A stretch of DNA of 64,000 nt. Origin: Vicugna vicugna (Eukaryota). Positions within the stretch are counted from its first letter, which is position 1; each line of letters opens with the position of its first letter. The notes beneath the pieces were generated by a model. That model made no database searches. It worked only from the letters and a program-made list of their open reading frames with translations, and was not told where the DNA came from. Of the stretch, positions 13,760 to 26,582 are shown in pieces. The stretch spans positions 124,001 through 188,000 of the forward strand of contig MU058213.1 of the NCBI GenBank assembly GCA_013265495.1. The letters run 5' to 3'. The translations under genes were made by a program, and so were the position numbers.

Positions 13760-13932
13760 GGGGTACCTGGGACCATCTGCATCCCAGTCACCTGTGGTGC
13801 TTGGTAAAAATGCAGGTTGCTGGGCCTCACTCTGAATCCAAACTGAATCAATCTTCAGATGGGGCCCAGGCATCTGCATTTCCACAAGAATTCTAGTTGA
13901 TTCTATGGATTCAAATAACTAAGAACTGTAGC
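13760..13932. mobile_element. MER5-like hAT-Charlie DNA transposon remnant
   Basis: aaaaatgcaggttgctgggcctcact...ggggcccaggcatctgcatttccacaag...gattct resembles the MER5A consensus. Confidence 0.65.
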
Positions 13933-14100
13933 CATGGGGTGTCAGTGGACCTCAGGTTAATGTCAGGAAACCCTAGTCTAAACACTTCATCATAGTGACA
14001 ACCTTGGCCATGACTAATGTGTCCTAAGCATACAGCTCCAGCCAGGACCTCTCTCCAATAACCTCACTGCCTGGAAATGGTTATTGGACCCAGGCATACG

Positions 14101-14116
14101 TGCGCCATCTGGTGGT
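14101..14116 (-). promoter_or_regulatory. Candidate CTCF-binding motif
   Basis: Minus strand reads ACCACCAGATGGCGCA, a close match to the CTCF core CCACYAGRKGGCRS. Confidence 0.5.
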
Positions 14117-14747
14117 AAACTGACCACATTGACTGCAGGCTACACTGACCCTAGAAAACGTGTGCCGTTTTCAGCAAATCTTTTTGCCCAAGGTAGGACT
14201 GTATGTATTGAAAGCATACTTTCCAACACTTATTCTTCCAAAAGGCTTCGTATTTGTCAAATAGTTTTATCGGTATCCAGGCTCCCAGTCATTTGAGAGG
14301 ACTCCTCTTTTGCCTCCTATCCAGTCATGGAGTCCTGCCCATTCTTCTGCTGAAATACCTCTTGAATTTCTAGCTCTACTGTCACCAACCACTTTTATCC
14401 ACAACCTTGTCCCAAACTTTAACTACAAGAGATCCTCTGGGTATTTTCTCCCTGCACCCCTTTCTCTCTGTCTCCCTCCCATCTCATTACCTAGTTCCAG
14501 TTTCCATCTACAGAGATCATCTCAAATCACACTGACTTAGTGTCAACCTCCTGCTTAACGTTCTGTACTGTCGCTCCCCCCTGCCTCGCAGACACTGTCT
14601 ACACCTCTCCACTTGGCCTTCAAGTGCTGCTGCCTCATACCCTCTGCCAAGTACTTCCACCTCATCTCTACACGCTCCAGCTTGGCCCTTCTCCTCCTTT
14701 CTTTCACCCTGAATCATGCGGGCTCCCACCCTGTACCTCTGCTCCAG

Positions 14748-15401
14748 CTGAGAAATTTGAGATCAGGTAACAGATACCTCTCTTAGTGTATAATTACCCA
14801 AGGATCTAAGGGGTTCAGATGAATCATTCACACATAAGCTAACAAAACAGTTTTACTTCTACATCTGTGTGAGATGCCCAGCCTTGCCTCTCAGCCGTCT
14901 CAGGCCCGTTGTGTCTTCAGAGCCACAGACAGACTGTGTGGGCCCAGATTTCCCCGGTATCCCTGCAGGGCTTTGCTTCTCAGTTCCTCCCTCCTTATCT
15001 CATTGTGGGTTCAAAGTATCTGTCTGCCCCAGATAGGTTGTAAACACAACAAACACAAAGACATAGATGTCTACTTGTTGGTAGATTTGGGTGCACATAG
15101 TAAGTGCTCAGCAAATGGTGGTTTTCTGAAAAGTCACAAGCTTGGATTTTTAGAAAGACCTTCCCACTCCAATGTGGGTGGTCGTTACGTGTGGTCTGGA
15201 GAAACAAAAGACCCCCAGTGGCTCATGTTACAACTTCACTGACTCGTCTGAGTGCTTAAATAGGATAATTGACACAAAGACTCTATTTGTAGAAGTAAAA
15301 CTGTTTTGTTAGCTTATGTGTGAATGATTCATCTGAACCCCTTAGATCCTTGGGTAATTATACACTAAGAGGTATCTGTTACCTGATCTCAAATTTCTCA
15401 G
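14748..15401. repeat. Near-perfect inverted repeat: arms 14748-14863 (116 bp) and 15288-15401 (114 bp), 424-bp spacer
   Basis: Reverse complement of the right arm equals the left arm except for a 2-nt ct indel (gatacctctcttag vs gatacctcttag). Confidence 0.95.
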
Positions 15402-15925
15402 GCTATTTCATGCAACAAAATAGAGATCCAGAGAACCAGATTCTGCTTATATGTCCCCTGGACAGCCTCGAGACGACAAACTGGCTGGATAAGAGCACCT
15501 GGGACTGCTCTCAGGACAGCCAGCTCTCAGCCCTGCAGACAGCACTTCCACCTGCTGCCACTTACCTGTGCCAGAGCTGCACTAGGGCCTGCCTGCAACG
15601 TCACAAACCTCATTTAAATCTGCTGATTGCTTGAAAGATGGCTGATTTGTGAATCTATACTGAAGCCATTTAGAAATTATTCTTGGTCCATTGGAACTTA
15701 AGCAAAAGTGGTTTTGATTGGCAAATAGGTCTTTGCTGAATTGTTTTTAAGGATCTTTGGACAAATATACTGAGTTCTAAATAAAAGGCACAGGGCGGGT
15801 CCGTAGGGCCCGTGGATGATTAGCACATTTTAAGATGGGAAGGTGCTCTTTGTTTTGGGGATTGTGATGCTGGCTTCATTTTCTTCCATCTGTGGTTTAC
15901 CATTAATTTTTTTTTTCTGTTGTAG

Positions 15926-15943
15926 GACCACCTGGCCCACCAG
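15926..15943 (+). CDS. GLDN: Gliomedin coding exon 3, 18-nt micro-exon (GPPGPP)
   Basis: T-rich tract plus tgtag acceptor and CCAG|gtaaga donor; phase 1-1; keeps Gly-X-Y register between exons 2 and 4. Confidence 0.9.
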
Positions 15944-16284
15944 GTAAGAGCCTGTGGATTTTCCTGATTCATGGGGAGGATATGGATGGCTGGCTCTGCA
16001 GGATTTCTCAGAAAGGACTGAGGGGGAGGTTACTATGACCATGACCCCCTCCTTCTCTCTACCCCAGTGACCAGCTCTCCCATGCTCTCCCACTTGAGAA
16101 TCTGCCACCACCATTCCCCACCTGTCACTGCTTCAGGAGAGGGTAGGGAAGGTGGAGAAGGAAAGCAAGAAGCAGAAGTCCTCGAAAAGGCATCAATGCT
16201 TGTCCAGTATCACTGGCTAAACAAAATCACATTCACTTCAGTGAATATTTTTGAAATTTTCCCGTTTTCCATATTTTGATACAG

Positions 16285-16392
16285 GACCTCCAGGAATTGG
16301 TGGGTTACCAGGATACAATGGATCAGATGGACTGCCTGGTCCCCAGGGCCCAAAGGGCGAAAAAGGAGCAAATGGAAAAAGAGGAAAAATGG
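16285..16392 (+). CDS. GLDN: Gliomedin coding exon 4 (108 bp; [36 protein letters not shown])
   Basis: atacag acceptor, ATGG|gtattt donor, uninterrupted Gly-X-Y repeat. Confidence 0.95.
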
Positions 16393-17974
16393 GTATTTTG
16401 ACAGTCTTCTAATTAATTGCCTTGTTTTTTGTCTCCATTTTTTTTTAATTGAACTATAGTCGGTTAGAATGTGTCAATCTCTGGTGTACAGCATATTGTC
16501 CATACATATCCATGATTGCTTTTTGGATGAGCCAAAGCCAGTACAGTGGGGATAGCACAGCATCTGGGCATGCAGAGCTGGCTAACTCTGGCCTGGAAGC
16601 TGCTGTGTTCCGGGGTGGCAAAGGCCTTCTCTGTGATCCCACACTGATGAAGGTTTATCTCCAACTAGAGAAGCAATCTGCCTGGGAACTGATGTCTGCT
16701 TCTCTGCTTGCTCTGACGCAGACAGAGAGATGGAGGGGCAGGAGTGGACATCCCCGGGGAGGAGCACTGCCTGAGCTGTGATGGCTGTATGTGCTGATGC
16801 CCCAAGTTCTTTCAAGGGTGATTTCCTGCCCTGCCCTCTCACTAACTCCTCCTGCCCAGCAAATTGTTGTGTTTGAAGATCAGTTGGCTGATGTTGACCC
16901 TAGGGTTTGCTGGCTGGTGGAATAGCTAGAATGATTGGAGTAGAGAGGCAGCATCCAGGCCTCCCCGAGGCTGGCTCAGGTCATGCAGTCAAGGTCTCCT
17001 GTCCAGGGGCCACAGGACAATTACAGAGATGTGGCTGGCATGTCCAAGGGACTTTCTGTCCCCTGCCATAAGCAGTGGCATTGTCACCACCCAAGCAAAG
17101 GCTTGGAAGCGCCAAGATACCAGTTGTGTCAGAGAGCAGTGAGAGGCAGGGGCTCATGCAGGGCCTGACAGGTGGCTGGGGGCTGGGGCGGGGCGAGTTC
17201 TGAGGGGCTCTGAGCACCAGTCCTGGGGAGTCCATGGAGAAGGCCAGGCAGAGTCACCTGAAGAGAGCTGGCGTGTGGCACAGCGGAGGCTCGAGAGCAG
17301 GGGTAGAGACCCCTCGGGAGGCTTCAAGGGAGGCCCAGCTCTTAGCCACTGCAGAAGGTGGAGGCACCACCCACCATCTTGTTTACTTCGAACCTCTTAT
17401 TTCTGTTGCCCAACTCATCTGGACAGGCCCCAGGCTAGAAGTAGTACTAGAACACTCTTGCAGACAACACAGTAACCCCTTCCAGCATCTCTGCTCTTAT
17501 TCCCATAAACAATTTAAGTGAGAGCCAGTGGAGAGAAAGAAAATTGCCACTTGGCACTTGGCAGAAGCCTACATGCCTGTGTTCCCAGGGACAGCCTCTG
17601 TGAAGATGGTCCCACACAGCCCATGTCAGCTCAGTCCCCAGAAAGTCAGCAATTACAGCCTGAATTGTGGGGCAGGATGGACCCTCACATGTCAGATAAT
17701 AATCATAATTATAAATGAACACCAGCATCAAATAACGATGGCCATCAGCATGCAGACACTTGGTTTACCCCAGAAGATGCCAGAAATGTGATCCAGTCCT
17801 GAGGATTCAGTAATGAGTATGATGAGGGCCAACTATAGGGGAAGGGGACAACCATGCAGCACTGGGCATGGGGCAAGTGAGAAAGGGATGGTTTCCAAAG
17901 AGGTTTGAGACAGACCCCTGGCTGTGAGGAGATGTACTTAGCAGGCAGCGCACAAGCCAGGGAATACAAAAAAG

Positions 17975-20200
17975 AAAAAGCTCATTTATTTCTGTAAGAC
18001 ATATTCATGTGGCAGGTACCATGCTAGATGGTAGAGATCCAGAAATGAAAGAGCTAACACAATCTCTGCCTTCGTGAGGCTGACATTCTAGTCTGGGCAG
18101 ATGACAATAAACAAGATATGTAAGCAGAATATACTGACCTTTAGTTACACGGTGCTAAGTGCTAAAGAGAAAAACCAGAGTGAGGGGAGGGGCTGAGAAG
18201 GTTGTGGGGCTGGGGAGCGCCTGGAGATTGGGAGGCCAGGTGAGGCTGCCTAAGAAGGCACCTTTGACCAAACACCTGGAGAAGGGGCGCGCCCAACGAG
18301 AGGGTTCCAGAGGAGTCTGTGCACCAGCGGAAGCTGAGGAGCAACAGTGAAGCCAGGACTATGGACAGAGAGGCTGAGACGTGACTGTGGCCAAGCTGAG
18401 ACCAGAGCAGCAACAAGGCCAAACCAGGTTGGCCCTGGGCATTTTAAGAACTGAGGTTGGCCCTGGCAGCTGTGCTGAGGGAGGCCGCAGGAGGGAAGGG
18501 AGGAGGCCTGGAGCGGGAGACAGCCGCGGAGGAATGAGAAGGTGCCGGATTCTGTTTATGGATAAAGGCTGGCCAAATCCTTCACTTCCTGGAGATCCCA
18601 CAGGAGCTGCGGCAGAGACCCAGACCCTCCTGTAGCCATCTCCCAGTGAAGGGGCCTCCTGGGATCAGCAACATTAGAACAAGAAGCCTCCACTAAGGCT
18701 GAGAATAGAACTTGAGTCACCAAGGGTCCCAGCCAGGCCCCAGTGGGGAAGGGGAAGACCAGCTACCATCCTAGACGTTTAAAGGCAAAGGGTATTTGAA
18801 AAGCCTGGCTCTCTGGATAGGTTGTTGGAAGCCCTGCTCAGCCGTGGGCCAGCTCAGATTCTAGCCTGGACCATGAGACTCCAGAGCAAGGGCTGTGCTG
18901 TCTCTGTCACCCTGCCAAAGCCCCAGGGCTGTGCTTTCCCTCCCCTGCCTCCTTCCTGAGCCCAGGATGGGTTCCCATCCCACCCAGCAATCAGTGTAAT
19001 TGCCGGGAATGGGAGGATGGACCAGAGCTGGCAGGGCCACAGAGGGGAAATGGCTTTATCCTGGGTGCAGTGAGAAGCCACAGAGGGGTTTCTGCGGCTG
19101 CTTTGTGGAGGACACCCTGGAGCCGGCACACGAGTGGAGACAGGAGATGGTTCAGAAGCTACCAAATGTGCAGGCGAAAGGGACGGCAGGCGGGGTTGTG
19201 GAAAGGCCGATGGAGCTGAGTGCCATTTTGGGGTGAATCAGCAGTCCCTGCTGGGAGGCAGATATAAGGAGGAGGGGGAGGGAAGCACCAAGACTGACTC
19301 CAAGGTCTTTGTCCTGCCTGACTGCTTGTCCCTGAAGTGGGGAGCCCCAGACAGACTTAGTTCCAGGGAGACAGTCACGTCTCAGCATGGGATGGGCTGA
19401 GCTTGAGATGCCTTTAGATGTCCAGGAGGAGATGTCAGGGGGCTTTGGAGATGCAGGTCTGTAGTGGGAGGAGACCCCAGGGCTGGAGGTGTACACAGGG
19501 AGTCACCTGAGGCAATGGGCTTTTGGGCCAGGGCGTGGTCCACTGGGGAGCGAGCCACCAGGAGAGGAGAGCCTGGGCTGAGCCCTGAGAATTGACAGCA
19601 TCTGGTGACCAAGTAGAAGGGGATGAGCCAGCAAAGGAGGCCAAGGACAGACTGAGCAGCCGGAGGAACACCAGGAGAGGGTGGGAACATTCGGCAGCAT
19701 TTCCTGGGCAGGTTCCAAAGTGCTAGCGGGGAAACAAAATAGATGCAGCCCCTGTCCTGGAACTTCCCGTCTTTGATGGGGAGGCTGACATAAATAGTCA
19801 GCAGTCACACACCTGTCATCACAAAGTGAGACGCAGGTTCAAAGGAGAGAACAGGGTGTTTGAGGTGTTGTGCAGAGAGGGAGGGTCGGCAGGTGACGTC
19901 TGGGGTCAGACCTGAAGGATGAGGGTGAGGCAGAGGGTGGCCCGGGTGGAGAGCGCACGCCTATAAAGGCCAGGCCAGTGCAGTGAGGGCCGGAGCGCGA
20001 CGAGGCGAGGCGGGAGGCCGGGGCCAGGCCCTTCCAGAGCCTTCAGGTTAGTGGTTTGGGCCTCCCTGTCAGCCGCAGGGTCTCGCACAGGATGTGACTG
20101 CTGGGCCAGGGTGGTGGCCATGGAGAAGGATGGGCCGATGTTTCAGCTGAGAGTTCCGGGATCATTAGCGGTTTGCCAGGCAGGGGTGGGAGAGGGGAGG
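17975..20200 (-). mobile_element. Cluster of L2 LINE remnants
   Basis: L2-like phrases (gcttgagatgcctttagatgtccaggaggagatgtcagg, gggctgagccctgag); boundaries approximate. Confidence 0.5.
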
Positions 20201-21979
20201 AGTGGGAGCGCATTCCAGAAAGAGGGAACAACCAGTGCTGTTTCCAAAAAGGGAGAGAAGGGGCAGGACTCGGTTAGGCCGGACTGTGCCCTCTAGCAGT
20301 GAGCCTCTGAACAAAATAGTAAAAGCTGACATTTACTGTTGGGCATCTGCCAAGTCCTCTCTGCACTTACCCTCACTTAGTCTTCACAGTAGCCTCAAGG
20401 AGATGGATATTTTTGTTAGCGTATTTTTTCCAGATGAAGAAGCCTTATCTTCCTGCTTCCCAGATAGGACAGGCCCACCCTGGCCCCAGGGCCTTTGCAC
20501 TGCTGTACTTCTTCCCTTCCTGTGACTGGTTCTTCCCATGGTGCTGATCGTAGCTCATATATCACCTCTTCTTCCAGATCATCCCTGACCTCTGTGACCC
20601 GGCCTCATTGACTCTGTCACATTCCCCGTTCCCTTCCAAAACATATATCCTTCCCTGAAATTTTCTCCGTGGGTTATTTCTTGATGTGTTGATGGTCTGA
20701 CTCCCTAGGGAGAACGTGAGGTCAGTGAGAACCCGGCCATGTCTGTCTTGCTTAGTCCCGACCTCCCGAGCCAGAAACACCCAGCAAAGGAGGGCAATCA
20801 AGACACTGTAAACTAACAGAAACAACTTGTCCAACATCCAAAGGTAATAAGTGGAGGAGGCGGGACTTGAGTCAGGTCTGACTCCTGGACTCCTGCTCTT
20901 AAACATGACTACACTAAACTCCCCGACTTGAGGGGTCTGGGCCTGAGCTGTGAGAGCCATGTTCCTGGAGGTGCCACACAGCAGGAGAGGGCAGGAAACC
21001 TGGGCCTGGAGAGCTGATGCTGTTACTTGTCGAAGGATGCTGCTGAGCCCGACGCTGAGCCTCTCCGGAGGGGGGGAGGGCGACAGCCCTTCAGAAGGCC
21101 CACACGACACGTGTGAAAACTCACAGTTCAATGAGTGATGACCTGCCAGGCAGACAGAACCGTCCCTGCTCTCGAGGCAGAGGGGAGATGTGAAAGGACT
21201 TCTGGGAGTACCTGCCTCAAGCCCAGACTGGCTCTGAGGCCCTGGGCAGGTCACTCCAACACTGGACTTGGTCTCCTCATCTGCCCGCTGAGGAGGTGTG
21301 GTTCCAGCCCCTCTAACACAGTTTCCAGTTTTTAACGAGCCTGCTGTAGGGTTTGTCTGTGAGGGAGAGACTAGGTCTTGTATATCCAGTTGTTTGGCAC
21401 AGCTCACAGCCAGCCCCAGCTGAGACTCAGTAAATAATGGGTGAATGAAGAATGAATGAATGAATGACAAAAATAGAACATAGTTTCCACCTATAGGGGT
21501 TTATAGTCCAGTTGAAAGAGAAGATGTGGTTTATACACAGCATGAGTCAGTAACTGGTTGTTCCAATATGAAGATGCTTTATCCTACATGGCAGGGGATG
21601 CTGCCAGAAGAAAAATCTGGACTTCCCTGTGCAGATAGTGAACAAATAGGACCCTGTGTAGAGAATGGGTTGTACAATAGAGCCAGGTGTAGAGGACAAG
21701 GGAGAGACGTGGATTCAGCCTCTTGGAAGTAAGCAGAGAGAAGGGGAGGACAGAAAGGCCACGCCCAGAGGAACTGCCAGTGAGGCTGGTCCTGGGTACC
21801 CCAGGGGATCCAGGCAAGGCTGGGGTGGGGCCAGGGCCTTCAGCTCTCAGTCTGCAGGAGCCACCACTGGCTCTTGAGAAGAGTAACCTGATGAAATCAG
21901 AGTGTAGTGCTCCAGACCAACAGGAGACTGAAATATCAAGACAGCCTTCAGTTTCTGACCTTAGAAATGCTAAGAGCAA

Positions 21980-22190
21980 GCGTGGAGCAGCACAGAGCAA
22001 GAGCCTGAAAGCTTGGTTTTGTTCCTGGCTCTTCCACTTACTAGCTGTTACTTAATCACTCTGTGCCACAGTTACCTTATCTGTAAAATGGGAGCAATAA
22101 TAGTATTGACTGCATAGTGTCCTTAGGAAGATTAATTAGTATAAAGATAAAGCACTTAGAATAGAGCAAGTGCTATATTAGTGTTAGATA
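21980..22190 (+). mobile_element. MIR SINE remnant
   Basis: cctggctcttccacttactagctgt...cagttaccttatctgtaaaatgggagcaataatagta. Confidence 0.75.
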
Positions 22191-24689
22191 TTACTGTTTT
22201 GTTTTTCTAAGAATGGGGAAGGAAATCTGAGTGGAAATGCCTACATTTATTGGAAAACACCGACTTAGATTTGGATAGAAAAACTGGACCTAAAGTAGAC
22301 TTGAAATGTCAATTGTGCAACTAGCAGCTCACGAAGTTTGACATTCTGCACCCCAAAATGGAGCAGTTTCTTTCTCTCCATCTGCCTCTCGCTTTCTCAC
22401 TGCAGAGTTAATGCTTCAGTGTCTTCTCTAAAAATCGAGTCCCCATAAAAACAGAAATAAATACCCTCCTCCTGATTCATCCCAGACCTGGGTTTTGTGC
22501 AACACCCTCTGGCTCCCTTTCCTCCACCTCACTCAGTGACAGATGGCCCTGCCAAAAATACGATGTCCTCCCTCACCTCCTGCAGTGAAGATGACGGCGT
22601 TGACCCCAGCTAATCACACAACCCCAAACTCGAAAGCTGGGAAAATGGCCTGTTTGGAGTGGGCGCCACTGGAGAAGGGAAACAGAAGAGAGCCACATCA
22701 AGTGCACGAGCCTGGTGAGCAGAATCTGGCCTTTCTTCTCGGGCAGAATGTGCTGACTCCAGGCCGGCCAGGAGTCATGGGACGAACCATGCCAGGGTCC
22801 CGGGCACACCGTGCACGGCCGAGTCAGGACGACATGGAAGGTGCCACACTCGGGTCCTCTGATGCTGCTTTTGATGAGGTGGGGGTGTACTTCTGATGCA
22901 CAGCAGCCAGTGCCTGGCCAACCAAGATGAGGAAAAACTTTGTCGAAGATAGCAAAGACTGCAGGGAGACTAAACGTCCCCCACCCTTTCTTAATGAAAG
23001 CTGGAAAATGATCGTGCACACCCAGCTGAGAGTTAAAATACATCCGTCAGCAAAAGTCCTCAGTGTCTTGAGCTCTGCATCCTGCCCCTTTGCGGGCTGC
23101 AGTATAGCGGCTGCATTACAGAATGAACGTTTTCCAATTTCACACCTGGCCTTTTTGAAGGGAGAAAAAAAGGCATAAGAGAAAGGGATAAAAAGAAAGA
23201 AGGGGAATCAAATGATGATGCGGAAGGGCTCTTTGTAACTAGAGTAAATGCCTGAAAAAGAAAACCCTGAAGTAACGAGCAGGTACCGTTTCCCTGAGCA
23301 TTGCTGAATGTGGGTCACGCGACACCTTTAGAAGGGCTCAGTTATACTTGGTGCCTTGTGCAGGCTGGACTCCATGGCAACGTCCTCGTCTTTTGTGTCC
23401 TTCAGATAATGCACCAGATTGCCTATTTAAAACACTGACAAAAGAATGTCCTCTCATGCAGAGGTCCCTGATAAAGGGCTCTCCTTCAGTGAGTGAACCA
23501 CTTTCCAGCAAGGTGTCCTGATGACTGTGGGCGGGGAGGACCCACGGCGACAGGACTGCCCCACCTGAGAGGCACTCCTTTGCCCCTGTGTGACTGGATT
23601 CACGGCAGAGCCAGCGCCCACCGTGGAGGGGCTTCCACTGTTCTTCCTCAAATCCTTGTCCACGTGTCCCCAGCTACTCCATCAGCGCAAGATGCCCAAG
23701 GTCACCCCTGGAAGAGGCAGGGAACCCAGGGCCTCTGACCTCCATCAGCAGTTGAACTGCATGGTTTTTGCTGAGATTTTTTATTTTTTTAACAGTTGGC
23801 TAAAACCTAGCAAACGTTTCTTTGTTCCCTACATTTTCTAACAGTGATCAGCACTTTAAGATTCTTTCCTACACTGCTGTCTTCCCTGGGATAGTCTGTG
23901 TAGGGTCCCTTGAATATGGAAGAGCAGAATCCATTCTGAATATGTGTCACTCCCTTGGCGTACAGGACAGGTGCTAAGCGCTCCAGGTGTATGTTTTAGG
24001 GAGTAATTGCCTCTGATGGCCGTGCAGAGTGTTCCGGCAGCCTCTGTGGTGTGCTGTGATATAATAAACTTCCCGTTGCTGAAAGAGCTTGAGGAGAGCC
24101 AATCGGGTGGTGGAGAGAGGCTTTCAGAGCTGGATGGGAGGTTAATCTAAACGACCTCTAAGGTGCCTTCCAACCAAGACGTCTATGATTCTCTTGGGAC
24201 GGTTACATTGGAACCCTGTGGGGCTGGTAGGAAGTTTGGGCTGGGGTTCAAATTTTGTTTTAAAGCTGAAGGGAGGGCAGTTGCGGTGGCAGAGGATGAC
24301 AGTTTGAAAATGGGGATGGGCCACGCTGCTGGGGCATGGGAGAGGGGTGAATGGGCAGTCTCTCAGCTGTACCTTAGCTAGAACCTGAAAGAAGGGGCAT
24401 GGGACTGGCAGGATAATTAGAAAAAGCAATGGACCCTGAGCCCTCTTGGTTTATGGAGGTTGAGAGGAAGTAAAGTTTTGCCCTAAAACATGCCTTGTTG
24501 CCTGAAATCTCTACCACTTTGAACAATCTCTCTATGGAGCAGTATCTCCAGGAGGCTCTTGTCAAAATGAGCAAATGGCCCCCACAATAGGGTATCTTGT
24601 TAACTGACCCATATCTGGCAAGACCTTTGCACAATATTAGGCAATCACTTTCCGCCTTAGGGCCACCATGTCCCTAGGTGCTCACGAGT

Positions 24690-25800
24690 TCTAGTAGCTT
24701 TTTTATAGATTTTCTGCATAAACTACCCATGTCATCTGCAAATGAAGACGATTTCAATTCATTCTTTCCTGTCTGTTTGCCTTTGTTTCTTTTTCCTTCG
24801 CTTCATTGCAGTGGCTAGGACCTTCAGTACAGTGTAAAGTCAAAGAAAAGTGACGAGAGTATGTACCCTTGTCTTATTCCTGATCTTAGGGGGAAAGCGT
24901 TTAGCCTTCTGTCATTAAGAATGACATTAGCTGTAGGTATTTTCGTAGAAGCCCCTTTTCAGATGGAGGCAGTTTCTGTCTGTTCCTAGGTTGATGAGAA
25001 TTTTTCTTAAGAATAAGTGTTGAAATTTATCAAATGTCTCTTCTGCATCCATCAAGATGATCATGTGAGTTTTTTTTCTTTCTTAAACTGTTCATAGGCT
25101 GCATTACATTGACTAGCTGATTCAAATTTGGGGCTATTCTGGCAGGCAGCTAAACTAGCTACTGCTCAGCTTAATCCTTCCGAAGCTTACTTCTAAGCTT
25201 TGTTGCGATGGCTCCACAGCAGCCTGGACTCTTGGGCTAATACAGCCTCACTCCTGAGACAGGACTTTCCAAGGACTCTCTCCCACGCCTCACCACATTC
25301 TGAGAGCACTCTGCCTTGACCGGTGGGAATGAGACCCCGGCCCTGTGCAAGCTCTGAGAGCTGAGCAACAAACGGCTCTCTGTTCATCCTTTTCCCTGCC
25401 GTGTAGCGCTTCTCCCTGCAGAGACGACTGCTCAGCCAAAGACTCAAGGAAGCCTCTCTGAAGTCCGCCAGCGCTCCCTCTACACAACCACCTCCTCTCC
25501 CGTATCCTGTCTCACGAATTCCAGCCACCTCTGCCTCCCCGAACTCTAGTTTTTGTCTCCTCACCTCAGCGAAATTGCTGGGCTTTGTTGGTGTTCCCCC
25601 GCCCTGTGCTGCTGTCTGGAAACCGCCTGCCAGCAGTGAGCCCCGGCAGTCACGTTGTGCACATAGCTTGCTTCCTTTCTCCCAGGGATCAGAACGCTGT
25701 TCTGCCCTCAGCCCAAGCTGAGATGAGTCACTGCGTAGACCTGGCCTATTCCTCGCTGTGTCTGGTGGCAGGACTGCAGCTCCCATAGGGGTGCCTCCTC
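24690..25800 (-). mobile_element. Old L1 remnants (ORF2 RT-region piece plus probable 5'-region piece)
   Basis: tcctgatcttagggggaaagcgtttag...ttagctgtagg...tctgcatccatcaagatgatcatg is antisense L1 RT region. Confidence 0.6.
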
Positions 25801-26444
25801 TGAGCAGAGACACATTTCATTCATTACGTTTGGTTCACACTAGCACCATCCCTCGTAATGTAATGCTCGTCCTAAAGCAACTGCTCCTGTTTTGCTATTT
25901 TGATTAAAAGCATTTTGCCTTGAAATGTCACAGAAAAGGGCGTGGAAGATGGAATTAAGATGTGTGCTGCTCACTTAGCAGCACTGGTTGTAGCCCCTCT
26001 AGGCCTCAGTTCCAACTTCTGTAAAATGGGAATAAGGATAACTGACCAGCCTACCGCTCCAATATGTTGTGAGGAACATGACCAATGACACAGGTGACCA
26101 CACCCAGCCTCACAGTGCGGGACGGCCCCGCTCCCTGCAGGGTGGGGGCGGGGCGCAGACTCTGGTAAGGCCTTACCTTGTCTCTGCTCTTGCTGTGATT
26201 GGCCCTCTCATGGTTGACTCCTCTTTCAACCTGTTGGCCCAGCCAGATGTCTCTAAACAAATTCAACAGAACCACCTGGAATGACTATTCTTTCATGAAT
26301 TTATACCACACTGCTGGCCTAAAACGGTTATGAAGTGTGATGGATTTGGTTTCTGAATTTGCTCCACCTTTACGAAGTACAAGATGAGAAAGTAGAGTTC
26401 CAGAATTTCCTGCACAACAAGCTAATAAATCTTTTTTCCCTCAG

Positions 26445-26582
26445 GGCCACCTGGAGCCACAGGAACTCCAGGGGAAAAGGGAGACCCTGGTGAGCTGGGC
26501 TTGCCTGGAAACGAGGGACCAGCAGGGCAGAAGGGGGACAAAGGGGACAAAGGGGACGTATCCAACGATGTGCTCCCCACAG
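26445..26582 (+). CDS. GLDN: Gliomedin coding exon 5 (138 bp; [46 protein letters not shown])
   Basis: ccctcag acceptor, ACAG|gtaagg donor; 13 Gly-X-Y triplets followed by the SNDVL interruption typical of gliomedin. Confidence 0.95.

Noticed and set aside
14748..15401. Interpretation as a MITE with long TIRs
   Set aside because: No TSD found, and the spacer appears to continue the flanking L2-like remnant; not fully excluded without a genome search
20562..21470. Longest ORF in the window (302 aa, minus strand)
   Set aside because: Runs through L2/MIR remnants and a (TGAA)n L2 tail; no recognisable domain; chance ORF in GC-rich intron
25193..25813. 206-aa minus-strand ORF
   Set aside because: Lies within degraded L1-like sequence with no protein motif
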